Of a stretch of 64,000 nucleotides of DNA, positions 51,825 through 64,000 are shown in pieces. This stretch comes from an uncultured Gemmatimonadaceae bacterium (GTDB lineage Bacteria; Gemmatimonadota; Gemmatimonadetes; Gemmatimonadales; Gemmatimonadaceae), in NCBI GenBank assembly GCA_963716745.1, contig OY970320.1, positions 1,120,001 through 1,184,000 of the forward strand, written 5' to 3'. The position numbers and the translations under genes are program-made. Position 1 is the stretch's first letter. The number at the start of each line of letters is the position of its first letter. A model generated the notes under the pieces. The model ran no database searches. It had not been told where the DNA came from and worked only from the letters and a program-made list of their open reading frames with translations.

Positions 51825-53244
51825 ATGCGCATTCCATCGATCACTCGCCGCGGCTTGGGGCCTCATCGCCCTTCCGCTCGCGGCTCAGCAGTCCGACTCC
51901 ATCGCCCGCGCCTTGCACGTCGCGGACTCGATCGCGCGTTGGCGCGCCGATTCCGCGAACGTCGCCAAGGAGCGTCAGCGCATCATGCACGAGCCGCGCG
52001 CGCACCCGCCGGCTCCGCTGCCGCCACCGCCGATCCGCCTCACGAAACAGCAGGCGATCGACAGCGCGCTCGCGCACAATCCCACGATCGTGATCGCGCG
52101 CGAACAGGTCGCGCAGGCGAACGCGCGCGTCACGCAGGCCACCGCCTTCCCCGACCCCACGCTCGGCTTCACGGTGCAAGGCGTCGGGCGCGCGATCAAT
52201 CCGCACCCCGCATTCGAGACCGACATCATCGCCGGCTTCACGATCCCCTTCCCGCAGAAGTTCTGGCTCCACGGGCAGGCGGCCGACGGTGACGTCGGGA
52301 ATCTCGAGGCGGCCTACCGCACGCAGCGCGCAGGTGATCGCCACGGAAACGGCGCAGGCCTACGACTCGCTGCTCGTCTCGCTGAAGCACCGCGACGATC
52401 TGCTGCTCGCGCGCGCACTCTCGCAGGATTTCCTCAAGAAGACGCAGGCCCGCTTCAACGCGGGCACCACCGCGCGACTCGACGTCGTGAAGGCGCAGGT
52501 CGGCGTCGCGCAGAGTGGAGAACGATCTCATCGCGAACGAGCGCGGCGTCGCGCAACGCGCGCGCCGCGCTCAACCGGCTGCATCGGCCGCATCCTCGGC
52601 GCGGGCATCGACGCGGTGGACACGCTCGCGATCGTGCCCGTTCCCGAGGACTACGACCGGCTCCAGCAGGTCGCGATGGAGCATCGCCCCGAGCTCGCCG
52701 GCATCGAGCGCCAGATCGCGGCGGCGCACTCCGCCGAGAAGCTCGCGCAGCAGTACTACTTTCCCGACCTCAACGTGAGCTTCCAGCACAACGATCCGTA
52801 CGGCGTGCCCGGGCCTGCCCGTCATGAGTTGGACCAGCGGCGTCGGCATCAGCGTCCCGCTGCTCTTCTGGCAGCACCAGAACGGCGAGGTCGCCGAGGC
52901 GAAGCATCTCGAGCTCGAGCTCGCCGCCACGCAGCGCGACGTGTTCGCGCAGGTGGAGCAGGACCTCCGCAACGCGTACTCCACCGCCACCACGAGCTAC
53001 CGGCAGGCGGTGTTCATTCGCGATGAGCTGCTGCCGTCCGCGCAGGAGCAATACGACATCGCATTCAAGACGTACAGTCTGGGCGGCGCGAGCTGCGCTC
53101 GAAGTGATCGACTCGCAGAACGCCTTGCTCGACGCGAAGAACCAGTTCGCTACCGCGCTCGGCGCGCTGAATGATGCCGTCGCCGACCTGCAGCGCGCCG
53201 TCGGTGCGCCGCTCGACACCATGCCTTCGGACACCCGCCAATGA
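51825..53244 (+). CDS. TolC/CzcC family outer membrane efflux protein, frameshifted
   Basis: LT..QAI..ALAHNP, RFNAG....LDV, AM.HRPEL, YFPDL and GISVPL motifs across frames. Confidence 0.85.
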
Positions 53245-54414
53245 GTGATCACATCATGCGGCACGCCGCGCGCGTCATCCTCCTCGCGGCCATCGCCGGC
53301 GCGGCCGCCTGCTCGGCGAAGAACGAGCGCGGCGAACGGCGCCGGCCGACAGCAGCCGCGCCGGACGCAGCGCGCCGCTGACGCTCTCGCCCGACCAGCG
53401 CGAGCACCTGACGCATGGTCCCCGTGACCATGGAGAGCTATCGTCCCACGATCGCAGACCACGGGCACCGTGGCATTCGACGGCGAACATCTCCACGCAG
53501 GTGCTCGCGCCGATCTCCGGACCGGTGCTGCGGCTGCTCGTGGAGGTCGGCGCGTCAGGTGAACCGCGGCGATCCGCTCGCGCTGCTCTCGTCGCCCGAC
53601 TTCGCCGCGGCGGTGTCCGCGTACCGCAAGGCGCAGGCGGCGGCGCTGCAGACGAAGCGCGTCGCCGATCTCAACGCCGAGCTCTTCAAGGCCGATGGGA
53701 TCGCGAAGCGCGACCTCGAGCAGAGTCGAGGAGGACGCCGAAGCCGCCGCAGTCGGACCGCGACGCCGCGCTCCAGCAGCTGCGCGCGCTCGGCGTGGAC
53801 TCGGTCACGATCGCCGCGCTGCAGGATCCGAAGAAGAGCGTGCCGGTACAGGCGTACATTCGCGCGCCGATCGCCGGCACCGTGGTGGAGAAGCTGATCA
53901 CGCCGGGCCAACTGCTGCAGGCGGGCACGACGCCGTGCTTCACCGTGGCCGATCTGTCGCGCATGTGGGTGCTCGCGAACGTATTCGAGTCGGACCTCGC
54001 GTTCGTCTCGCCGGGGGACAAGGCGCAGATCACCGGCGCGGCGCTGCCGCATCCGCTCACGGGCGTCGCGATCTACGTCGCGGCGCTGGTGGATCCCTCG
54101 ACGCGCGCCACCAGCGTGCGCATCGAGGTGCCCAACACGGGGCGCGTGCTGCGGAAGGACATGTACGTCGAAGCGGCGATCCAGTCGTCGCGCACGATCA
54201 AGGGGATGCTCATTCCCGTCTCGGCGGTGCTGCGCGATGACAACAACCTGCCCTTCGTGTTCGTGGAGAGCGACCGAAGGGCACGTTCTCCCGCCGCGTG
54301 GTCACGCTGGGCAACAGGCTCGGCGACCGCTACGAGGTGAAAGACGGCCTCAAGGAAGGCGAACAGGTGACGGCGGAGGGCGGGCTCTTCCTCGAGTTCG
54401 CGCAGGGCCAGTGA
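53241..54414 (+). CDS. RND periplasmic adaptor (CzcB/CusB-like), frameshifted
   Basis: IRAPIAGTVVE, ADLSRMWVLANVFE, VDPSTR...VRIEVPN....LR..MY. Confidence 0.85.
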
Positions 54415-57400
54415 GCCGGCCGGAAGTACCGAAGGATCGCGCCGCTCACACGGCGAGCTTCGTCAACTACCTCGTGGCGGCGGCGGTCGACCAATGGCCG
54501 ATCGTCGCCTTCCTCGCGCTGCTGTTCGTCGGCGTCGGCATCTGGTCGTTCCTGCGCCTGCCGGTGGACGCGTATCCCGACCTGTCGCCGCCGATGGTCG
54601 AGATCATGACGCAATGGCCGGGCCACGCCGCCGAGGAAGTCGAGCAGCTCATCACCGCGCCCATCGAACTCTCGATGAACGGCGTCCCGAATCTCAAGGT
54701 GATGCGCTCGATCTCGCTCTACGGCCTCTCCGATGTGACGCTCACCTTCCGCGACAACACCGACGATTACTTCGCGCGGCAGCGCGTGTTCGAGCGGCTG
54801 CCCGACGTCGCAGCTGCCAGAGGGGATCACGCCGAGTGTGTCGCCGCTCTTCTCGCCGTCGGGGCTCGTGTACCGCTACGTGATCGAGAGCAAGGACCGG
54901 AGCGCGATGGAGCTCAAGAACATCCAGGACTGGGTGCTCGAGCGCCAATACCGCTCCGTGCCCGGCGTGGCCGACATGAGCTCGCTCGGCGGCGAGACGA
55001 TGCAGTACCAGGTCGTGATCGATCCGGTGCGGCTCGCCGGCCGCGGACTCACGGTGCCCGCCGTCGCCGCCGCGCTCTCCGCGAACAACAGCAATGCGGG
55101 CGGCGGGTTCTACTCCGAAGGCGGCCAGTTCTACTACGTGCGCGGGCTCGGCCGCATGGCGACCACCGAGGACATCGGGCGCACCGTGGTGGCCGTGAGC
55201 AACGGCACGCCCGTGCTCGTGAGAGACATCGGCGAGGTGGTGATCGGCGCGGCGCCGCGACTCGGGACAGTTCGGCTTCGACAGCGTGAACGACGCCGTC
55301 GAGGGCGTGATCCTCATGACGCGCGGCGAGCAGGCACAGGTCGTGCTGAAGAAGGTGCAGGCCAAGACGACCGAGTTGAACGACTCGCTCTTGCCGAAGG
55401 ACGTGCACATTCGCCCCTACTACGACCGCAGCGAACTGATCGCACTCACCACACGCACGGTGGAAGACAACTTGCTGCGCGGCATCATCTTCGTGCTCGT
55501 CGTACTGATGTTCTTCCTGTACGACGTGCGGTCGGGGCTGATCGTGGCCACGACGATCCCGCTCTCGCTGCTCTTCGCCTTCATCTGCCTCGATCTGCGG
55601 CACGTGCCGGCCAATCTCCTCTCCATCGGCGCGATCGACTTCGGCATCATCGTCGACGGGGCCGTCGTCATGGTGGAGAACATATTCCGCCAGCTTTCCG
55701 CACGGCGTGAGGAAAAAGACGTGAGCGTGCGTGAAGTCATCATCGCCGCCGCCGCGGAGGTGGACCGGCCCGATCCTGTATGCGGTGGCGGTGATCATCG
55801 CGGGATTCCTGCCCATCTACGTGCTCGCGGGCCCGTCGGGCACGCTGTTCCGCCCGATGGCCGATACGACGATCTTCGCGTTGATCGGCTCGCTCCTCCT
55901 CACGCTCACGCTGCTGCCCGTGCTCTGCTTCTTCGTGCTCGGCGGCCATGCGCGCGAGCGGCACAATCCGGGCTTCGAGTGGATCAAGCGGCACTACACG
56001 CGCGGCCTCGACTGGTCGATGCGAGTACCCATGGCGCGTGATCGGCGGTTCTACGCTGCTGCTCGGCGTCGCGCTGGCGCTCATCCCGTTCATCGGCGCG
56101 GAGTTCATGCCCAAGCTCGACGAGGGCGCACTCTGGGTGCGTTCCACGATGCCGTACACGATCTCCTTCGAGGAATCGTCGCGCATCGTGCCGCAGATCC
56201 GCGCGGTGCTGCGCTCGTTCCCGATGGTCACCGTCGTGGCGGATGAGCACGGCCGTCCCGACGACGGCACCGACGCCACCGGTTTCTTCAATGCCGAGTT
56301 CTACGTTGGGCTCAAGCCCTACAACGAATGGACGGGACCGATCCGCACGAAGGCGCAGCTCATCGACAGCGTGGACAAGCGCCTCGCCTCGTTCACCGGC
56401 ATCACGTTCAACTATACGCAGCCCGCCGAGGATGCGGTGAACGAGGCCGAGACCGGTCTGAAGAGTTCGCTCGACGTGAAGGTGTTCGGCACCGATCTGG
56501 AGCTGCTCGAGAAGAAGGGGAACGAGATCAAGAAGGTGATCGAGGCGGTGCCGGGGATCACGCACGTGACCGTGGTGGAGGAACTGGGCCAGCCGAGTCT
56601 CACGATCAGCATCGATCGCGCGAAGACGTCGCGGTACGGCATCAACGTGGACGACGTGAACGGACTCGTGGAAGCGGCGGTGGGCGGCAGCGCGGCCACG
56701 ACCATCGTGCAGGGCGAACGGCGGTTCGATCTCGTGGTGCGTCTCAAGCCCGAGTCGCGCCGCACGCCGGAGGAGATCGGGCACATCCTGGTCGCGGCGC
56801 CCGGCGGACAGCAGATCCCGCTGCGCGAACTGGCCGACGTGCGCGTGAACAACGGTGCGTCGTTCATCTACCGTCAGGACAATTCGCGTTTCATCGGCAT
56901 CCAGTACTCGGTGGAGGGCCGCGATCTCGCGAGCGCCGTGCAGGAAGCGCAGAAGGCCGTGGCCGCGAAAGTGCGCGTGCCGCCCGGCTATCGCGTGCGC
57001 TGGGGCGGCGAGTACGAGGATTACACCGCGTCGCGCGACCAGCTGCAGTTCGTGCTGCCGGTCACGATCGTGCTCATCTTCCTCATCCTCTTCTCTCTGT
57101 ACAACAATTTCAAATTCCCCTGGATCACCGTGGTCGGCGTGGTGCTCTCGGGGCCGATCGGCGGGATCTTCACGCTCTGGCTCACCGGCACGCCGTTCTC
57201 GGCGAGTTCGGGTATCGGATTCCTCGCGTTGTTCGGCGTGTCCGTGCAGACGGCCGTCGTGTACATCTCCTATGTGAACGAGTTGCGGCGCGATGGCATG
57301 GACATCGTGCGCGCCACGCATGAGGCTGCGCTGCTGCGGCTGCGGCCGATCATGATGACGGCGCTCGTCGCCGCACTCGGCCTGCTGCCCGCCGCACTCT

Positions 57401-57543
57401 CCACCGGCGTCGGGAGCGATTCGCAGCGGCCCTTCGCGCTCGTGATCGTGGGCGGATTGTTCTCACGGCTCCTGATCAGTGTGTTCCTCATGCCGTCGCT
57501 CTATGTGGTGGTCGCGAAGGAGGGCGACCGCCTCGAGGTCTGA
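54411..57543 (+). CDS. CzcA/CusA family heavy-metal RND permease, frameshifted
   Basis: LPVDAYPDLSP, GAIDFGIIVDGAVVMVEN, EFMPKLDEG, RLRPIMMTALVA.LGLLP. Confidence 0.92.
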
Positions 57544-57590
57544 GCGCGCTCATTCTTGCGCGACGGAACGTCAGGGCGTAGCGTGGACCG

Positions 57591-58244
57591 ATGAGCGAGC
57601 AACGGGCGATCACCGAGCGGGAAGTGCGCCGCCTCGCGCGCGACGGCGCGAAGATCATCGACGTGCGCGGCGCGATCGTGACGCCCGGTGCACGCTCGGC
57701 CGCGCGCGAGTTGGGGGTGATCCTCACCGGATCCGAAACGCCCACCTCCGTGCTCCCCATCCGCGCGTACGGTGCGTTCGACCCGAGACCGTTCGTGCCG
57801 AGCACCGTGGCGCTCGCGTGCGACCAGTCGGGCACGATGATCAAGGAAGCGGTGGCCGCGCGCCTCTATCAGTTGCAGCACACCGTGACCGATCTCGTGG
57901 GCCCGGAGAAATCGCTGCTCGAAACGACCGCCGCGGCGGTGCTCGTCGCGCGCGAAGTCTCCTCCGGCCGCGCCCGCTTTGGCGTCGTGGTGGATGGCAC
58001 CGGCGTCAGCGCGTGCATCGCGGCCAATAAGATCAAAGGCGTGCGCGCGGCGCTCTGCCACGATGTCACCACCGCGGTCAGCGCACGCGAACACTCGGAT
58101 GCGAACGTCCTCGCGCTCGCCGGTTCCCTCATCGGCCCCCGCCTCGCCACGGCCATCGTCGAGACGTTCCTCACGCGGGACTTCGTGCCGGAGCGCTACG
58201 CGGCTCGGCTCGAGAAGCTGAAAGAACTGGACGAGCAGAGATAA
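57591..58244 (+). CDS. RpiB/LacA/LacB family sugar-phosphate isomerase-like protein with N-terminal extension
   Basis: GTGV..CIAANKIKGVRAALC, AREHSDANVLAL. Confidence 0.8.
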   Translation: MSEQRAITEREVRRLARDGAKIIDVRGAIVTPGARSAARELGVILTGSETPTSVLPIRAYGAFDPRPFVPSTVALACDQSGTMIKEAVAARLYQLQHTVTDLVGPEKSLLETTAAAVLVAREVSSGRARFGVVVDGTGVSACIAANKIKGVRAALCHDVTTAVSAREHSDANVLALAGSLIGPRLATAIVETFLTRDFVPERYAARLEKLKELDEQR

Positions 58245-58247
58245 CTA

Positions 58248-58364
58248 CGGGACTGGCACCGCTGACGGCGGGATTAGCATTGGAGGCTCAGCTCTTCCCA
58301 ACGCCAATCCCGCCCTCGGTGGTACCAGTCCCGCCGTCAGCGGTGCCAATCCCGCCGCTTCGGT
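58248..58364. repeat. Intergenic inverted repeat with 21-nt periodic arms (same family as 20593-20741)
   Basis: CGGGACTGGCACCGCTGACGGCGGGATTAGC ... GCCAATCCCGCC..GGTACCAGTCCCGCCGTCAGCGG. Confidence 0.8.
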
Positions 58365-58385
58365 CTCCAGAGTAACTTTCCTCGA

Positions 58386-60632
58386 ATGAAAAAGCAGGAC
58401 GCACTCGATTACCACAGCAGTGGAAGACCCGGCAAGATCGCCGTCGTCCCCACCAAGCCACTCAACAATCAGCGCGACCTCGCGCTCGCGTACACACCGG
58501 GCGTCGCTGAGCCGTGCCTCGCGATCCAGGCGAATCCGGACGACGCCTACCTGTACACCGCGCGCGGCAATCTCGTCGCGGTCGTGACGAACGGCACCTC
58601 CGTGCTCGGCCTCGGCAACATCGGCGCGCTCGCAGGCAAGCCGGTGATGGAAGGCAAGGGGAACCTCTTCAAGCAGTTCGCGGACCTCGACGTGTTCGAC
58701 ATCGAGGTGAACGCCGAGGATCCCGAGGATGTGATCCGCTTCTGCCAGATGCTCGAGCCCACGGTGGGCGGAATCAATCTCGAGGACATCCGCGCCCCCG
58801 ATTGCTTCCGCATCGAAGAAGAGCTCAAGCGCACGCTCAAGATCCCGGTGTTCCACGACGATCAGCACGGCACCGCGATCATCTCTGGCGCGGCGCTCCT
58901 GAACGCGCTCGAGATCGTGCACAAGAAGATCGACGAGGTGCGCGTCGTCTTCTCCGGCGCCGGCGCCGCCGCGGTCGCCACCGCGAATCACTACATGCGC
59001 CTCGGCGTGAAGCGCGAGCACATCACGATGTGCGACGCGCACGGCGTGATCTTCGAAGGACGCACGATCGAGATGGACCCATACAAGGGCCGCTTCGCGC
59101 AGCGCACGGAGATGCGCACGATCAGCCAGGTGCTCGTCGGCGCCGACGTGTTCGTGGGCCTCTCGCGCGGCGGCGTGATCTCGGGCGCGATGATCGCGGC
59201 GATGGCGAAGGATCCCATCGTGTTCGCGCTCGCGAATCCCACGCCCGAGATCCTGCCGCACGAAGTGCACGCCGCGCGCGCCGATGCGATCGTCGCCACC
59301 GGCCGCAGCGATTATCCCAATCAGGTGAACAACGTCCTCGGTTTTCCTTTCATCTTCCGCGGCGCGCTCGATGCACGCGCGACGCAGGTGACCGAGGAGA
59401 TGAAGATGGCCGCCACACGCGCGCTCGCCGCGCTCGCGCGCGAGCCGGTGCCCGATTCCGTCGCGCGGCTGTACGGCCTGAAGAACGTCGCCTTCGGACG
59501 CGACTATCTCATTCCCTTCCCCTTCGACCCGCGCGTCCTCCTCTGGGTCGCGCCCGCGGTCGCGTGGGCCGCGGTGGCCAGCGGCGTCGCGCGCGTGATC
59601 ATCGACGCCGAGGATTATCGCGCGCTGCTCGAATCACGTTTGAGCCGCGCGCGCGGCATCATGCGCGGACTCATCAACCAGGCGGTGCAGGATCCGCGCC
59701 GCGTCGTCTTCCCCGAGGGCGAGGACGAACGGATCATCAAGGCTGCCCGCATCGTGCTTGACGAAGGGATCGCCGAGCCCGTGCTCCTCGGGAACATCGA
59801 CGCCATCCGCCGCACCGCGTCGGAAGTGCGCATCTCCCTCGAAGGTCTCACGCTCGCCGACCCGGCGGACCCGACCCGTCTCGACGCCTTCGCCGACTAT
59901 CTGTTCGAGCGCCGCCGTCACAAGGGAATGACCAAGGCCGATGCTCGCGCGCGCGTAACCGACCCCGACTACTTCGGCAGCCTCATGGTGGCCGCCGGCG
60001 ACGCCAATGCGCTCGTCTCCGGCGTCACGCAACAGTACCCGGCCACCATCCGTCCCGCGCTCGAAGTGATCGGAGCGCACCCCAAGGGCGGCCTGGTGAG
60101 CGGCTTCTACATGCTCGTGTTCGAGAAGCACGTCGTGTTCCTCGGCGACACGACGGTCACCATCGCGCCCACCGCCGAGAAGCTCGCGCAGATCGCGTAC
60201 TCGGCCGGGCGGCTGCTGCGGACGTTCGGCATCGAACCGCGCGTCGCGATGCTATCTTTCTCGAACTTCGGTTCCGTGCGGGACGAGGAGGCGGAGCGCG
60301 TGGCCGCGGCGGTGAAACTGATCCGCCAGCGCGATCCGAGTCTCGTGGTGGATGGCGAGATGCAGGCCGATCTCGCCATGAACGAGGAGAAACTGCGGAG
60401 CCAGTTCCCGCTGAGCCTGCTCTCCGGGCCGGCGAACGTCCTGATCTTCCCGAACTTGAGTGCGGGCAATATCGCGTACAAGTTACTCCGTGAGTTGGGC
60501 GGGGCCACGGCCATCGGGCCGATCCTGGTAGGCATGCGGCTCCCCGTGCACGTGCTGGAAGCCGGATGCGATGTGCAGAGCATCGTCAACATGGCCGCGG
60601 TAGCTGTTGTGGACGCGCAGTCACGCAAATAG
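58386..60632 (+). CDS. maeB: NADP-dependent malic enzyme with PTA domain
   Basis: AYTPGVA, KPVMEGK, FHDDQHGTA, GRSDYPNQVNN; C-terminal PTA domain (DGEMQAD). Confidence 0.96.
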   Translation: MKKQDALDYHSSGRPGKIAVVPTKPLNNQRDLALAYTPGVAEPCLAIQANPDDAYLYTARGNLVAVVTNGTSVLGLGNIGALAGKPVMEGKGNLFKQFADLDVFDIEVNAEDPEDVIRFCQMLEPTVGGINLEDIRAPDCFRIEEELKRTLKIPVFHDDQHGTAIISGAALLNALEIVHKKIDEVRVVFSGAGAAAVATANHYMRLGVKREHITMCDAHGVIFEGRTIEMDPYKGRFAQRTEMRTISQVLVGADVFVGLSRGGVISGAMIAAMAKDPIVFALANPTPEILPHEVHAARADAIVATGRSDYPNQVNNVLGFPFIFRGALDARATQVTEEMKMAATRALAALAREPVPDSVARLYGLKNVAFGRDYLIPFPFDPRVLLWVAPAVAWAAVASGVARVIIDAEDYRALLESRLSRARGIMRGLINQAVQDPRRVVFPEGEDERIIKAARIVLDEGIAEPVLLGNIDAIRRTASEVRISLEGLTLADPADPTRLDAFADYLFERRRHKGMTKADARARVTDPDYFGSLMVAAGDANALVSGVTQQYPATIRPALEVIGAHPKGGLVSGFYMLVFEKHVVFLGDTTVTIAPTAEKLAQIAYSAGRLLRTFGIEPRVAMLSFSNFGSVRDEEAERVAAAVKLIRQRDPSLVVDGEMQADLAMNEEKLRSQFPLSLLSGPANVLIFPNLSAGNIAYKLLRELGGATAIGPILVGMRLPVHVLEAGCDVQSIVNMAAVAVVDAQSRK

Positions 60633-60685
60633 CCGGCGCCGCGGCGCCGCTCTCTTTCATAGACCTCGAGCCGCAGGATCACATC

Positions 60686-62308
<1,623 letters not shown>

Positions 62309-62321
62309 CGGCGCCCGAAAC

Positions 62322-63539
62322 GTGACCACGATCCGCGATCCACTCTGGAACAACATCCGTGTGGACGCGGTCGCCCGGCAGCTCATCGACACGCCCGCGC
62401 TCCAGCGGCTGCGCTACGTGCGGCAGCTGGGGCTCGCGCATCTCGTCTATCCCGGCGCCACGCATTCGCGCTTCGAGCACGCGCTCGGCGCGTACCATCT
62501 CGCGAAACGCACGCTGCACGCGCTGGGCGACGCAGGGGCGCTCGCCGGCGTGCGCGGCGATGAGCCGGCGATCGTCGCCGCCACGGCGCTCCTGCACGAC
62601 GTGGGTCACTACCCGTTCAGTCACGCGCTCGAGGAGATCGGCGTCGCGCATCATGAGGAGGTGGCGCGCGATCTGATCACGGGCGGCGAGGCCGCCGCCA
62701 TTTTGAAGAAGGAATACGGTCCCGACGCGCCCGCGCGCGTCATGGCGCTCATCCAGGGGAAGAGCGAGTCGCCGTTGCAAGGACTCATCTCGGGTTCGCT
62801 CGACCTCGACAAGATCGACTATCTCAAACGCGACGCGAAGATGTGCGGCGTCCCGTATGGCGAGATCGATGAGGATCGCCTGCTCTTCGCCATCGTGCTG
62901 CTCGCCGATCCCACGACGAAGCGCACGGTGACCGGCGTACGCGCGAAGGCGCTGAGCGCGCTCGAGTCGCTGCTCTTCGCCAAGTACCAGATGTACCGGA
63001 ACGTCTACTGGCATCACGCCGTGCGCAGCGCCACCGCGATGTACAAGCGGCTGGTAGAGGACGCGCTGCGCGCCGGAACGCTCAGCGCCGCCTCGCTCGT
63101 GCACTTCACCGACGAGGGATTGTTGCACGCGCTCGAACAAGGCACGCCGCATCCCCTGCTCGCCGCGATCCGCATGCGGCGGCTGTTCAAGCGCGCCTTC
63201 GAGACGCCCGCGGCGACGCTCGAGGGCCGCGATCTCGAATGGATCGCTACCGACCGCGACCGCGTGCGCGTCGCCGAGGAGAGCCTTGGGAAGGCCGCCG
63301 GCCTCGCGCCCGGCGAACTGCTGCTCGATTACCCCGCCAAGACGCAAATGCTCTCACTCGACCTGCCGGTGCTCATGCGCGACGACTCGGTGGTGCGTCT
63401 CACCGCCGCCGGCATGGCCGGCGCGATCGACTTGCCTTTACTCGCCGACAGGCTGTACAAGTCGGCGCGGTGGCTGAGGGTGTTCACGGCGCATCGCGTG
63501 ACGTTGAGCGAAGCGCAGGTATTTCAGGCTCTCAGCTAG
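62322..63539 (+). CDS. HD domain phosphohydrolase (dNTPase-like)
   Basis: QRLRYVRQLG...YPGATHSRFEHALG, LLHDVGHYPFSH, DKIDYL.RD, VYWHH. Confidence 0.9.
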   Translation: MTTIRDPLWNNIRVDAVARQLIDTPALQRLRYVRQLGLAHLVYPGATHSRFEHALGAYHLAKRTLHALGDAGALAGVRGDEPAIVAATALLHDVGHYPFSHALEEIGVAHHEEVARDLITGGEAAAILKKEYGPDAPARVMALIQGKSESPLQGLISGSLDLDKIDYLKRDAKMCGVPYGEIDEDRLLFAIVLLADPTTKRTVTGVRAKALSALESLLFAKYQMYRNVYWHHAVRSATAMYKRLVEDALRAGTLSAASLVHFTDEGLLHALEQGTPHPLLAAIRMRRLFKRAFETPAATLEGRDLEWIATDRDRVRVAEESLGKAAGLAPGELLLDYPAKTQMLSLDLPVLMRDDSVVRLTAAGMAGAIDLPLLADRLYKSARWLRVFTAHRVTLSEAQVFQALS

Positions 63540-63546
63540 GTAGCGC

Positions 63547-63639
63547 TCGGGATTCGGCACTCGGGACTCGCGCCCGCGAGAATACCGCCCCATGTTACCC
63601 GCCGTTGGCTGTCAGCGAGTCCCGAGTCCCGAATCCCGA
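63547..63639. repeat. Inverted repeat with heptamer (CGGGACT)n-type arms
   Basis: TCGGGATTCGGCACTCGGGACTCGC ... GCGAGTCCCGAGTCCCGAATCCCGA. Confidence 0.85.
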
Positions 63640-63689
63640 ACGTCGCTGCCACTTAGATCCATCGTCACTCTCCAACCCCAGCCCAAACG

Positions 63690-64000
63690 ATGATCCTCAT
63701 TCTCCGCTTGCTCCACATCGTCCTCGGCGCCTGTTGGGTCGGTGCCGTGGTCGCCTTCGCGCTCTTCGTCGAACCCGCCATCCGCGCGGCCGGTGCGGCG
63801 GGCAGCGCCGTGATGATGCAGATCGTGGCGCGGAAATTCAGCCAGGCCATGGCCGCCACAGCCGGCCTCACCGTGCTCACCGGGTTCCTCCTCTTCTGGC
63901 ACGACGCGCGCACCGGCGGCCCCTCCTGGCCGAGCACGCCGGTGGGCATGGGATTCTCGGTGGGCGGTGTCGCGGCGCTCTCCGCGATGCTCGTGGGCCT
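63690..64000 (+). CDS. Membrane hypothetical protein, 3'-partial
   Basis: Manual translation MILILRLLHIVLGACWVGAVVAFALFVEPAIRAAG...; frame stays open to the window end. Confidence 0.7.
   Translation, partial: MILILRLLHIVLGACWVGAVVAFALFVEPAIRAAGAAGSAVMMQIVARKFSQAMAATAGLTVLTGFLLFWHDARTGGPSWPSTPVGMGFSVGGVAALSAMLVG

Overview
High-GC bacterial chromosome segment. Gene content and order suggest Gemmatimonadota, but this is an inference. Many housekeeping genes carry single-base frameshifts, typical of uncorrected long-read assembly. The left ~17 kb is an accessory region downstream of a stand-alone tRNA-Ile(GAT) gene. It is cut into cassettes by three displaced tRNA 3'-end + terminator copies that get shorter with distance (44, 31 and 19 nt). 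Cargo includes an ECF sigma/zf-HC2 anti-sigma/TPR-CHAT/Ig-Kelch lipoprotein operon, an LspA-like gene, small membrane proteins and a divergent paralog pair; no integrase is present. The rest is mostly core genes: typA, penicillin acylase, pilT, CDF, pdxA, PPIases, mfd, lepA, ROK, ftsEX-envC, nfo, maeB, pckA. The most striking system is at 48.2-57.5 kb. Two paralogous, apparently leaderless CruR/DUF2946-like leader ORFs (N-terminal hydrophobic helix, CAAC, then RAPP exactly 48 codons later) sit upstream of a TonB-dependent receptor and of a CzcCBA-type RND efflux operon. This suggests metal-sensing ribosome-stalling control of both import and export. Several intergenic inverted repeats with 6/7-nt or 21-nt periodic arms also occur, and one arm has an exact copy inside a coding sequence.
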